Part shown: positions 9,232-18,728 of the stretch, one piece after another
Numbering within the stretch: the first letter of the stretch is position 1
Layout of the letters: each line of letters opens with the position of its first letter
DNA from: a virus
Taxonomy: Duplodnaviria > Caudoviricetes
Strand: one strand, 5' to 3'
DNA: 41,033 nucleotides
Virus record (IMG/VR): IMGVR_UViG_3300032233_002605
Span: 1 to 41,033 of that record
Program-made: the position numbers and the translations under genes
Notes under the pieces: generated by a model
Seen by the model: the letters and a program-made list of their open reading frames with translations, nothing else
Databases searched by the model: none
Told to the model about the DNA's origin: nothing

Positions 9232-9548
9232 TCCTGGACGCCTATCAAAAGTCTCTTTATAGCTACGCTCCAGATACAGATATGCTGGGCATGGCTAGGG
9301 AAAATTTACTGCTGTCTTTTAGAGGGTATCTGAGGCAAAGAGAACTTGCACAAACAGTACTGGATAACCGCAGAGCTGTGGCTGCTGCGGGAATATACGA
9401 GAATCCTCTGCAGCCCCTCAATGCAGCTACGGACGAATACCTAGACAAAGTAGACTTTGCTATAAATCCAACTATTCGTAAACAGCAGCAGAGTAACCGG
9501 GAGCTTTATGAAGAGTGGAAGGCACTTTTTGGTAAAATAGATGAATAG
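9204..9548 (+). CDS. Frameshift extension of the tail chaperone (gpT-like part of gpGT, about 370 aa total)
   Basis: The -1 frame reads SKWGRWSLLILDAYQKSLYSYAPDTD-MLGMAREN... to the stop at 9548, immediately before the tape measure. Confidence 0.75.
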   Translation, partial: SKWGRWSLLILDAYQKSLYSYAPDTDMLGMARENLLLSFRGYLRQRELAQTVLDNRRAVAAAGIYENPLQPLNAATDEYLDKVDFAINPTIRKQQQSNRELYEEWKALFGKIDE

Positions 9549-9550
9549 CC

Positions 9551-12499
9551 GTGCCTAACTCCAACGATCCATTCTCAAATCCGCTTACTGCCTATCAGAT
9601 GCAAAATAGAGCCCTTATGGCTCAAATTGCCGGGCAGTTGCAGGCAAATATGCAGATGGCTGGCAGCAATGTTCCGCTGGCTAATACTACGTATTTAGGT
9701 CCTCAGCCTTTTACCAGTCCGACAATGTTCGGACAGTTTTCAAATATTATAGGCGGACTGATGGGCCCTGAGGCTGGGGCCATGACTCAGATGGCCGGAC
9801 AGCTTGCAGTCTCCCCAGGTCTGCGAGGAATGCTCGGCCCTATATCCAGCTCAGTATCAGCGATGATGGGCTCAATGCCCATAGGCGGCGGAGATCCGGG
9901 CGCATTCATGTACGCTCAACTCCAAGGTCGTCTGGGTAGGTCTATACCCAAAAATATCACTATGCCTGCCAGCTTTTCAAGCCAGGCTGCAGTAGACCTA
10001 TATAACGAAGAGCTGGCCCAGATGCGGGAGTACCTCAAGGATACGAACGCAAACTTTGGCGTACAGCTACAGAGATTCGAGCAGCAAGGAGAAGGCTACA
10101 ATCTAGGCACTCAGCTAGCAAACGTTCAGGCTTTGTCTAGTTCGCAATCTCGTTTCAGCGGCGTCTTTGAGATGTTTACCGCAGCAACTGGACAAAACAT
10201 CCAGGATCAAGAACTGCAGCCGTTGATTGATCTGGCCAAGCAGAACACGCCTGAGGCTGCTACTAAAGCAAACGCCTTGCTACAGGGCAATTCGAATCTA
10301 AAGAAAAAAGCCGAAAAGGTTCTCAACACTGCAACTAATGCTGCAAACCTCGGCAATCTCGCAATGAACATATCTTCAATGCTGCCCCCTGGCACTATTG
10401 GCGGTGCGGAAGCCGGAGCGTTCAGCAGTCTTGGCGATATTGTGCTGGGCATCACCGGCTTGGATAAAAATCCAATGCTGTTTACATCAGCAGCGACACA
10501 GTCTCTTTCAATGATGGGTGCCCTTGGTACGGCAACCTTTGATCAAGATGGTCAAAGAGTGTTGGCTGCAGACAGAGTAGCTGCTGGGCTTACATCTAGA
10601 CTAGAAGATCAAAGCGGGGCATTTGAAGGCATGCGGCGTCTTGGCGCATCCAAGGCCGGTACACTCATGCAGGAGCTTAGCCGTTCGGGATTGCTTAGCT
10701 CCGGCGGCGTAGACATGTTCGGAGCTATAAAGCCTGAAGATGTCCAAAGATTGGAAGAGAACATTGCTCGTCAGCTGGAGGGATTCAGCTCAGTTGTCCA
10801 AGCCGGTAAGCGCATGGGCATGCAGGTAAATGAAATTATCCAATCCATGCAGAGCATGTACGGCGGTCGATTCGGAGAAGAGTTGGCAAATGCTGCTGGT
10901 AGGGAGTTTCAGCAGATGCGCAGAAACTTCGTCGGCCCCATGGATCAGCGAACGGAAGACTTTCTGAGAGCAGATGCTCAGAGGAAGGCGGGCGCTACGA
11001 TGATGCAGCAAGTAGAGCAGGCGGTGCAGATAGGCAGATTTGCAGGTCAGGATGCCAGAGGATCCATAGCCGTACTGCAGACCGCCAGCCAGCTGGCTCA
11101 GGACCTTGGAATGGGGGGCAGCGCCGGAATCGCAATGGGCACTGCGGCAATGTCAAGAGTTGCCCTATCCAGGACCATGGGCACGCCGATGACGATGGAT
11201 CAAGCTTTGGCGTTGTCTCGCGACGTGGCAGCCAAAGGCATGGAGAATCCGTCTGTGCAGGCATTTGCATCTCTTCAGCTTGCGATAAACGCCGGCGTGG
11301 TTTCTGAGCAAGAAGCTCAAGGTTTCTTAAACGACTTTAGAGCAGGCAAGGACATAGATCCTGGCGCTGTAAATCAACTACTGGCGAGCAAACAGGGAAT
11401 CAATCTTGCGGCATTCACCGGCAGGGAAGCCGTTGCTACAGGTATGTCTCTTGCCATGAACGACGTTAATAAGTTCTACGCACAGAACGAAAATGTCAGT
11501 GTCACCGGTGCGGTCAAGAGGGCATTCCAGGAGCAGGGTTTTGATGCTGAGGGAATGGTCAAGGATATGACTACTACCGCAGGTGCAGAATTGAAGACCG
11601 CCTTTGGAATGACAGATGCTCAGATTGCAAACATGGACTTCACGCAATTTACAGCAGCCTTCAACAAGCTACCGAGCCAGGCGGACAGAGTAGCTTTGCT
11701 AGATACTTTGACGCAGTCTGGCGCCATCACAACCTCTCAGAGAAACGCCGTACTGTCCAACCTCGGAGAGAGAATGGGTAGATTCGGTCTGGCCTCCGAC
11801 AAGGGCACCATGCGAACAGCCGGAATTAGACAGGCTGAGGAGGCCGAGCGAGCGGAGCATGGCGGCATGACGACAATGGAGATTACGGCCACAGCAATTG
11901 CCGAGAATCAACGCGCCTTGAATGAGGCCTTTACGCCAAAGCCCGGAGCACAAGAGGCGCTTAGCGAAGGTCTAAAACAGCTTAGGGACAGCAAGGTTGC
12001 GGAAAAGTTTAAGGGTGGTCTATCTCAAACAGAAGCTGAAGCCGCCGTAGATCAGGAAGGGTTTAGCTTTGTAGAGCTTATTCAATCTGCTTCCAACGTC
12101 ACTACACCTGGAATGAAGGAAGCCGTGACTAAGGAGCTGAGCAGCATTGAGGCAGAACTGGCTACAGCCACCCAGTCGGGGGATAAAGCGCGCGTAGAGA
12201 TCCTGGAGCGCCGTAAGGCAGACATGACGTCATTCCAGGATATTTTAGGCTCCAGCAAAGAAGAGCGAGCTAAGAAAATAGAAGCGCTGAGAACCAAGGT
12301 AGAAAAAGACATAATCGAACAGGATAAGGCTGCGAGAGAGAAGAAGGACGAGCAGCAAAAGCAAACTGACGATTCTCAAAAGGCCATGGTCTCAAGTGCT
12401 AAAACTTTAACAGATCTGCTTGCTGTGAACAGGCTCATGGCAGAAAAGATCGGCGTGAGTGCGGAAGCCCTCAAGAGCCTTAACGAAAAGGTTGCATAA
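9551..12499 (+). CDS. Tape measure protein
   Basis: 982 aa, GTG start, Ala/Gln/Met/Gly-rich and helical with a charged coiled-coil C-terminus. Follows the G/GT chaperone pair. Confidence 0.85.
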   Translation: MPNSNDPFSNPLTAYQMQNRALMAQIAGQLQANMQMAGSNVPLANTTYLGPQPFTSPTMFGQFSNIIGGLMGPEAGAMTQMAGQLAVSPGLRGMLGPISSSVSAMMGSMPIGGGDPGAFMYAQLQGRLGRSIPKNITMPASFSSQAAVDLYNEELAQMREYLKDTNANFGVQLQRFEQQGEGYNLGTQLANVQALSSSQSRFSGVFEMFTAATGQNIQDQELQPLIDLAKQNTPEAATKANALLQGNSNLKKKAEKVLNTATNAANLGNLAMNISSMLPPGTIGGAEAGAFSSLGDIVLGITGLDKNPMLFTSAATQSLSMMGALGTATFDQDGQRVLAADRVAAGLTSRLEDQSGAFEGMRRLGASKAGTLMQELSRSGLLSSGGVDMFGAIKPEDVQRLEENIARQLEGFSSVVQAGKRMGMQVNEIIQSMQSMYGGRFGEELANAAGREFQQMRRNFVGPMDQRTEDFLRADAQRKAGATMMQQVEQAVQIGRFAGQDARGSIAVLQTASQLAQDLGMGGSAGIAMGTAAMSRVALSRTMGTPMTMDQALALSRDVAAKGMENPSVQAFASLQLAINAGVVSEQEAQGFLNDFRAGKDIDPGAVNQLLASKQGINLAAFTGREAVATGMSLAMNDVNKFYAQNENVSVTGAVKRAFQEQGFDAEGMVKDMTTTAGAELKTAFGMTDAQIANMDFTQFTAAFNKLPSQADRVALLDTLTQSGAITTSQRNAVLSNLGERMGRFGLASDKGTMRTAGIRQAEEAERAEHGGMTTMEITATAIAENQRALNEAFTPKPGAQEALSEGLKQLRDSKVAEKFKGGLSQTEAEAAVDQEGFSFVELIQSASNVTTPGMKEAVTKELSSIEAELATATQSGDKARVEILERRKADMTSFQDILGSSKEERAKKIEALRTKVEKDIIEQDKAAREKKDEQQKQTDDSQKAMVSSAKTLTDLLAVNRLMAEKIGVSAEALKSLNEKVA

Positions 12500-12987
12500 T
12501 GCCAGATCTATTCCCACGTTCAACAGGCGCAGTCGTAAGAATCGAAGGCGCAACTCCTGGGCAGATGGCCAGCATAGAACTTACCGGCAACTCTGCCTTA
12601 GTTGGTGGCGATGCCAATGTTCTTATATCGTCTATAGCCGTAAGTCAGCAAACTCGAATTGCATACTTTAGCACGCTAGGCAAGGCTCTGTACATCTATC
12701 CTCTGGGCAACGAAATGTCCAAGGCGATTGTAAGCGGGCTCGCTTTGCCTGCGTCTGTTTGCAGCGGAGGCACCAGAGACTACACCGCAGCAGAGAAGAT
12801 CATAAACTTCTACAACAACAATAAAGCCTCTAACTTTCAAGCTGTTACAAACCCGGTGACATTGAGTCTACCCCCCGTGACCCTCAAGGGATTCATAGAA
12901 GGCATGACGCTTGAAATCGGTAGTGGCGCTGCTGATTTTGGCTTTGCCAAGTTCAGCATTACAATGTCAATCATTCCCAAGGAATAG
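12499..12987 (+). CDS. Tail tube initiator / tube paralog (gp48/gp54-like role)
   Basis: After the tape measure. LISSIAVSQQTRIAYFSTLGKALYIYPLG aligns by eye with tube LIQNVQLSYQQQVSFVYDLAKADDVYYIAG. Confidence 0.6.
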   Translation: MPDLFPRSTGAVVRIEGATPGQMASIELTGNSALVGGDANVLISSIAVSQQTRIAYFSTLGKALYIYPLGNEMSKAIVSGLALPASVCSGGTRDYTAAEKIINFYNNNKASNFQAVTNPVTLSLPPVTLKGFIEGMTLEIGSGAADFGFAKFSITMSIIPKE

Positions 12988-12988
12988 T

Positions 12989-13726
12989 ATGCTATTTTTC
13001 TCAAGCACAAATCCTATTCCAGTAGATGCGCCGTTTACCAGAATGCTGGCAGGGCGTTCCGACTTGCCTTTTGCATTTGGGGTTCCCCCTATTTCAGATA
13101 GCTCGTTGACGCAGAGCACACCTGAACTATCACAGGCAGCTCAGATTCTAGGCCTGGATTCAGATGACCCCGAGTTCGTAGGTCGCAGAGTAAGGCACCT
13201 AGCTCAAATACTGAGATCCAGTCAATTTGCAGATCGCATTAACTGGCGCTCGTATCTCGCTCAACTGGATTCTGCCGCGCCTATATTTGACGAGCCAGAT
13301 AGATTGACCGTAGAGGCCATCAGCCCTAGCTTAACCTATACTTTGCTGAAAACATCGGAGCAGGATCCACATAGAAACTTTTGGCGAGTATCAGTTGATG
13401 GTACATACCCCAGCCTCAGCTTCAGCGTCAATGGCTTGCTGGTAGCTCAGTTCAGCTCGACTCTAGCCAGTACGGCAGTAGGTACTTCAGGATACTCATT
13501 AGGTTTTAAATGTTCTGCAGGTGGCGGAGATCAGATATCTCTGGTCGGCTACATCAGAACTCCGTACTCCGGAGACTGCATGCCGATATATAACGCCATA
13601 AAGGCAAAGCCGGATCTGGTGTCACGGCTTACCTACAACAACTCTGAATATGCGGATACGATTGCTCAAGGGATAGCAGTCGAAGACGCAATCGCTGCCT
13701 TTATCCTTGCGGTGAATGAACTCTGA
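12989..13726 (+). CDS. Hypothetical baseplate-region protein
   Basis: ATG at 12989 follows AAGGA SD and the upstream stop, so it is preferred over the TTG start at 12911. Stop overlaps the next start. Confidence 0.6.
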   Translation: MLFFSSTNPIPVDAPFTRMLAGRSDLPFAFGVPPISDSSLTQSTPELSQAAQILGLDSDDPEFVGRRVRHLAQILRSSQFADRINWRSYLAQLDSAAPIFDEPDRLTVEAISPSLTYTLLKTSEQDPHRNFWRVSVDGTYPSLSFSVNGLLVAQFSSTLASTAVGTSGYSLGFKCSAGGGDQISLVGYIRTPYSGDCMPIYNAIKAKPDLVSRLTYNNSEYADTIAQGIAVEDAIAAFILAVNEL

Positions 13727-15336
13727 TGGCAAGCAATGCGATCAGCCCGGAGCATGCCGCATATAAACTATCAGTAGACCTGGTGGTAAACGGCAAGACC
13801 GTACCCGTGGTGGATGCTGTTGTTGAATTTATCCTCAACCAAATTCCTATTGCTCGGGTAGTCGTACCATCTGGAGTTACGTTTAACAATCCAAACGCAT
13901 CAGGCGGATCTCAGCTGCTTGAACCCTCAGATCTGACCGGCAGACAGCCAGCTCAGCTGAAGGTAAAAGGCGTAGGTAAGGCCCACCCAAGCGGCTCTAA
14001 AGCCACTCCGACTGGGGATGTTGACACCGTCTTGTTCGACGGATACGTCCTGTCCAGTTCTGCAGACTTTAGCACTACAGGTGTGGCAACTACCGTGGTG
14101 TTAATACACTGGATGTACAATTTGGATCTAGCGTCATTTGCATGTGGAGACTTTGATAAGAACGCCCCAGACTCTTGGTTTACGATACAAGACTCCTCCC
14201 TGCCATCCAAGGAACACGCCCAGCCCACATTCATAGCAGACGGTAAGGTGGTGGCCGATATCGACTACGTCGGCAAGGATTGGTGGGAGGACATCATTCG
14301 CCCAGCAGCTATCTACAAAGCCAGTCAGCCTCTTCGGAGATTCAGAGACACCAGCACTCCGTCTAACAATGCTGCCGCAGTCTCCGCCCTGGGTAGACTT
14401 ACGTCCAAAGGCAAACTGAAGTTAAACTCAAAAGCCGCACCAGCTCTGGATCAATCGACTCTAGTAACACACGCTATTAACGAGATGGTGGGCACGATCA
14501 TCTTCACAGGTACGGGTGGCAGCACTGCCTTTGAAAAGATAACTACTTTAATTTCTGCATTTGGCGGTGTACTCGCTCCCCGGGTAGATGAATGTCTTGT
14601 GATGTCTTATAATCCGCTAGGCCCTATAGATGTTAAAGTCCCGGATTCGGAATGCGACTTTGGAGGAGGCTCTGCCAATCCTGCGCTCCTGCCAATGGGT
14701 GCGATCATGTACGGCGGAGGCATCAGTTCATCCATAGTGAACGTGGATAAAAGCATAATAGAAAATAATTTCATAGGACAGTACGTAGCCCCACTGCAAG
14801 GCAAGGTAGATGGAGGTCCGTTTATAGTATTCCCTACTCCAGACTATCTAAGCAGTGTACATACCAGCCAAGCCCCGGACGGGCAATATAAATCTAAAGT
14901 CGGCATAGTGCCTGTCACCAGCCCCACAGCGGCAAAAGCAAACAATACTCAGCACTCGATTCCCAAAGGCTTTGCGGATGAGGTCGCAAAGTCTTATTAT
15001 TTCTCAAAAGTGTTTGCCACCAAGACTCAGGACGTGCTTTGCGGATTCAGGTTGGATATTGCCCCAGGAGATTGTGTGAAGATATACAGATCTGGTGGCT
15101 CTCAGTCTGGTGCCAACGTCTCAGGTCTTGCTAAAAACTGGGTAAAACGAGGTATAGTAGAATCGGTTACCTACACGCTATCAGCGTCTAGCAGCAGAAT
15201 ATCTACATCCTATAGACTACGACACCTCATGGAGAGTCAAGACATTGATATGTTTGGTATTTCTGATGACGGCGAAGAAGCAGCACTATTCCAAAACAAA
15301 CCCAAAAATACTGAATCTCCTCTGAAAAAAGTGTAA
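13726..15336 (+). CDS. Baseplate hub protein (gp27/late control D-like)
   Basis: 'LNQIPIARVVVP', 'VLFDGYVLS', and C-terminal 'FRLDIAPGDCVKI...GIVESVTYTL' are hub-like. Position fits. Confidence 0.65.
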   Translation: MASNAISPEHAAYKLSVDLVVNGKTVPVVDAVVEFILNQIPIARVVVPSGVTFNNPNASGGSQLLEPSDLTGRQPAQLKVKGVGKAHPSGSKATPTGDVDTVLFDGYVLSSSADFSTTGVATTVVLIHWMYNLDLASFACGDFDKNAPDSWFTIQDSSLPSKEHAQPTFIADGKVVADIDYVGKDWWEDIIRPAAIYKASQPLRRFRDTSTPSNNAAAVSALGRLTSKGKLKLNSKAAPALDQSTLVTHAINEMVGTIIFTGTGGSTAFEKITTLISAFGGVLAPRVDECLVMSYNPLGPIDVKVPDSECDFGGGSANPALLPMGAIMYGGGISSSIVNVDKSIIENNFIGQYVAPLQGKVDGGPFIVFPTPDYLSSVHTSQAPDGQYKSKVGIVPVTSPTAAKANNTQHSIPKGFADEVAKSYYFSKVFATKTQDVLCGFRLDIAPGDCVKIYRSGGSQSGANVSGLAKNWVKRGIVESVTYTLSASSSRISTSYRLRHLMESQDIDMFGISDDGEEAALFQNKPKNTESPLKKV

Positions 15337-15345
15337 AATAGACGT

Positions 15346-16095
15346 ATGGATCCTGTACCAATTAAAAAACTATCTCTGGATGACATGTATGCGACTTGGG
15401 CTAAAACCCAGGATAGCAGCCAGATGCAGGCGATGTTGGATCAGCTGAATCCAGACATCGATAAGGCTGTTTATGCCTACTCAGGATTGAATGCAGGGCC
15501 GGCCGTAAAAACTAGAGCCAAGCTGCTGGCAGCTAAAGCCATAAAAAAATACACCCCTAATTCCGGCTCTTCATTGCGGAGTTGGATATATACCCAGCTG
15601 CAGCCTCTGAACAGGTACTCCCGGGAGCTGACTCCATCCCCAGTCCCAGAAAGAGCCTATCAGCAAATCAGCGCTCTCAAGAAATTTGAAGCTGATTTTT
15701 ATGAGAACAAGGGCCGAGTTCCAAGTGACGGCGAACTGTCTGACCTTACAAGTATGTCCATACGGCAGATAAACAAAGTGCGAGGAATGGACAAGCGGGT
15801 CTTTAGCGAAAGCTCCACGGCTTTTACTGGCGAGAATCCTGTGACCTCTCAGGAAATCACTGTAGCCAAGAATCCTGGCTTTCAGAAAGACGTGCTAGAC
15901 ACTATGTACAGCTCCTTTACACCGCAGGAGCAAGTCATCATGGAGCACAAGCTAGGATATAACGGCAAGAAGATTCTAAGCAATAATGACATTGCCAAGC
16001 GTCTTAGAATCAGTGCAGGCAGAGTCAGCCAACTCACCAATACAATCGCCGCAAGGCTAGATGAATACGCCCAGCTCAGCAGGAGAGGGCGATGA
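15346..16095 (+). CDS. Phage-encoded sigma-70 family RNA polymerase sigma factor (group 3, FliA/SigF-like architecture)
   Basis: Region 2-like KAIKKYTPNSGSSLRSWIY, region 3-like GRVPSDGELSDLTSMS, region 4 HTH LSNNDIAKRLRISAGRVSQL. Confidence 0.85.
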   Translation: MDPVPIKKLSLDDMYATWAKTQDSSQMQAMLDQLNPDIDKAVYAYSGLNAGPAVKTRAKLLAAKAIKKYTPNSGSSLRSWIYTQLQPLNRYSRELTPSPVPERAYQQISALKKFEADFYENKGRVPSDGELSDLTSMSIRQINKVRGMDKRVFSESSTAFTGENPVTSQEITVAKNPGFQKDVLDTMYSSFTPQEQVIMEHKLGYNGKKILSNNDIAKRLRISAGRVSQLTNTIAARLDEYAQLSRRGR

Positions 16096-16505
16096 ATCCA
16101 GTAGCTCAAAAGGTGTTTGACTCCCTTAAGGAAGCCACCAAGAACTCAGCTAACGGCGAGGGGATCCTCGGCTCTGGCGCTTTTAGGCTATTGTGGGAGC
16201 CCAAAGAATTTAACAATACCTTTGAGGAGCTGGCAACCAGATTTAACAGAAATGAGCTGGCTCAGCAATTCATCACTACGGTAAGCCAGAAGCATAAAAT
16301 CTTCGACGCCATGAAGCAGCAAATGCAGCATGATCTGGTTGCCGTTGCCCATAGAGACATGACGTTTAGGTACTCATCGAGGATTCACAGAATACTGGAT
16401 GAAGCAGGTCGTCGTAAAAACATTCAGACGGATAAGTCTGGCCTACTAGCTAACATGCAGGACAACGTAGAGAAGTTCCTAGCTGTTGAGGAGGCGCAAA
16501 GCTAA
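16092..16505 (+). CDS. Hypothetical protein
   Basis: 137-aa helical ORF, translationally coupled on both sides (ATGA, TAATG). Confidence 0.7.
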   Translation: MNPVAQKVFDSLKEATKNSANGEGILGSGAFRLLWEPKEFNNTFEELATRFNRNELAQQFITTVSQKHKIFDAMKQQMQHDLVAVAHRDMTFRYSSRIHRILDEAGRRKNIQTDKSGLLANMQDNVEKFLAVEEAQS

Positions 16506-16960
16506 TGGCCGTCAGCCAGTCATATCTTGGCAAGATCTCTGACATATGCGTACTGGAGACTCCCGCTTATGGCGGCCTGGGCCCAGTCAACGTTACGATA
16601 TCTAACTCAGGATCTGTTATTGCAGGCCCGTATAAGGTTGCACAAAAGTTCTTTAAGTTCCTGATGACAGAGCAGGGGTCTGTGCCTAGTGAACCTACGT
16701 ACGGGACAAAATTTGTATCTAACTTATTTAGCGGACAGATACACACTGCTTTAGCTTTGTCATTTGCGTTCTACGCAGAAAAAGACGACATCTTAAACTA
16801 CATTAAAAGTTCTGTACTTGAGTCTACACCGGATGAGGCTCTGCTTGACGTCCAGCTGGAAGGCCTTACGGTTACCTTGGACTCGGCAATTATGTCTCTA
16901 CGGTTTTCGTTTGAGGACTCTTCGATAATCCTGGTGCCTGTCGCCATTTCAACGGTGTAA
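16505..16960 (+). CDS. gp25-like baseplate wedge / sheath initiator
   Basis: 'KVAQKFFKFLMTEQGSVPSEPTYGT' matches the gp25 L.T..Gs....P.yG motif. Precedes a J-like gene. Confidence 0.75.
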   Translation: MAVSQSYLGKISDICVLETPAYGGLGPVNVTISNSGSVIAGPYKVAQKFFKFLMTEQGSVPSEPTYGTKFVSNLFSGQIHTALALSFAFYAEKDDILNYIKSSVLESTPDEALLDVQLEGLTVTLDSAIMSLRFSFEDSSIILVPVAISTV

Positions 16961-16961
16961 T

Positions 16962-18728
16962 ATGGAAACTCCACTCGCTGATCAATCCCCTGATACTGTC
17001 TTCTCAAAAGAGGAGCAGATCATCGCATTTGTAAAGGCAGCCTACCCCACCATTGACCTGTCTGCAGGCACAGTGCTTCGGGACTTGGTTGTAAAACTCT
17101 ATGCCCACCTTGAAACGCGAATACAAGAGCAGATTGATTTGGCTCTTATCTCTAGCAGTCTGCTTGAAATTAGCAAAAGTCCTAATGACGTAGATGATGT
17201 TCAAGTAGAGCGAGTACTGTCTAACTTCAACGTAACTCGTGCAGAAGGATCTACGGCTAGCGGAATAGTTAGACTTTTCTTTTCGTTATCTAACTCAACT
17301 GTAATTACGCCAGATATGCGCTTTACTTTGGGCGGATTGCTATTCCGCCCAGCAGGATCTTACGTTCTTGTGTCTGAAGCCAACTACACCGGGGCTTCTA
17401 ATCAACGCATCTTAGAAGCATCTGGATCTCTGTTCACAACAACTATTGATTTAATTGCGGTAAATTCAGGCTCTTCTGGAAACATCCGAGCGACAACAAC
17501 AGTTACAGGAGTTACTCCAACTATTTCCACGCTGGTGTCTGCAAAGGCCGACTCTGATTTTACAGGCGGAGCAGACGCTGACGACAATGTTGCTCTCCTT
17601 GCCAAAGCCAAAGCTGGCGTTATGGGTAAGGTATTTGGCGGTAGAGATCACATCAAGGCTAAGATTAAGGCTGAGTTTTCTGGTGTTAAGGATGTAGGCG
17701 TAGTTGGCTTTTTAGACCCAGAAATGACCAGGGACCTGGTAGACGGTGTTCACATTGGCGGTCGAGTAGATTTGTTTGTAAAGACTGCATCTTATCCTTC
17801 CCGTATACAGGAGAAGATTGCCGCTCAAATGATTTCTTACGACGTAGGCAATCAAGAGGCTTTATTTGAAATTGTACTGCCGACCTCTAAAGCCGCCGGC
17901 ATGTATTCCGTGGAGAATATCAAGTCTAACCTTACTCAACAGGCAGGCCTTGAACTTGTATCCGACATCAGAACGCTGGATGGCAATACTAGGCATCTAG
18001 TTCCAAACATAGAGTCTGCTGCCTTTACAGCCTATCAAAAAGCAACTATTAGGTTTATAGTTCCATACCCACAGATCAAAGAAGCCGCAACCCCTACTGC
18101 TTTAAATTTTATAGAAAACGGTTCAATTGCAAACCCCAATCCTTGGCTGCCAAATGAATACGTTGAGACATCCAGCACTTTACCAGTGCCTCAGGCTGCC
18201 ACAGGACCATGCAACATATTCCTAAGTGCTAGCCCTGGTGTTGTAGATTTCTTCTACTTCTACATTGAGTACCTCAAGATGCCAAACATCGTTGAAGTGC
18301 AGAATTACGTAGACTCTGCTGCAGAGCGAAGTTTGAGCGCTGACATGCTGGTACACGCCCCTATCCCGACAATGTGCAGCCTTGAAATGCGTTTAATTAA
18401 ACCAGCAGGAGCACAAGATCCAGATATAAATGCTCTCAAGGCAGCTTTAGTATCTAAGTTTAATTCCTTTGAAATAGGTAAATCTATTCCTGCTAGTGCC
18501 CTTATACACACAGCTTATCAAAATATACCAGAGGGTTACGTGATAGATCTACCCGTACACCTCTATGGTGTAGTCATAGGTCCCAAGCTGGAAAAGGACA
18601 TCATTTATTCTTCAGATGCCCTTAAGCCGCCTAAGATGCCTCTGCGCGGATTAACTCAAAATACCCTGGCATTCTTCCTTGAGTCTGCCCTTATTGACAT
18701 CTCCATCGTGGAGTGCTCCACCTCATGA
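16962..18728 (+). CDS. Baseplate J-like (gp6-like) wedge protein
   Basis: 'DLSAGTVLRDL', 'NFNVTR..G..ASG.V', 'GSSGNI', 'FTGGADADD', 'GGRVDLFV' motifs. Confidence 0.85.
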   Translation: METPLADQSPDTVFSKEEQIIAFVKAAYPTIDLSAGTVLRDLVVKLYAHLETRIQEQIDLALISSSLLEISKSPNDVDDVQVERVLSNFNVTRAEGSTASGIVRLFFSLSNSTVITPDMRFTLGGLLFRPAGSYVLVSEANYTGASNQRILEASGSLFTTTIDLIAVNSGSSGNIRATTTVTGVTPTISTLVSAKADSDFTGGADADDNVALLAKAKAGVMGKVFGGRDHIKAKIKAEFSGVKDVGVVGFLDPEMTRDLVDGVHIGGRVDLFVKTASYPSRIQEKIAAQMISYDVGNQEALFEIVLPTSKAAGMYSVENIKSNLTQQAGLELVSDIRTLDGNTRHLVPNIESAAFTAYQKATIRFIVPYPQIKEAATPTALNFIENGSIANPNPWLPNEYVETSSTLPVPQAATGPCNIFLSASPGVVDFFYFYIEYLKMPNIVEVQNYVDSAAERSLSADMLVHAPIPTMCSLEMRLIKPAGAQDPDINALKAALVSKFNSFEIGKSIPASALIHTAYQNIPEGYVIDLPVHLYGVVIGPKLEKDIIYSSDALKPPKMPLRGLTQNTLAFFLESALIDISIVECSTS

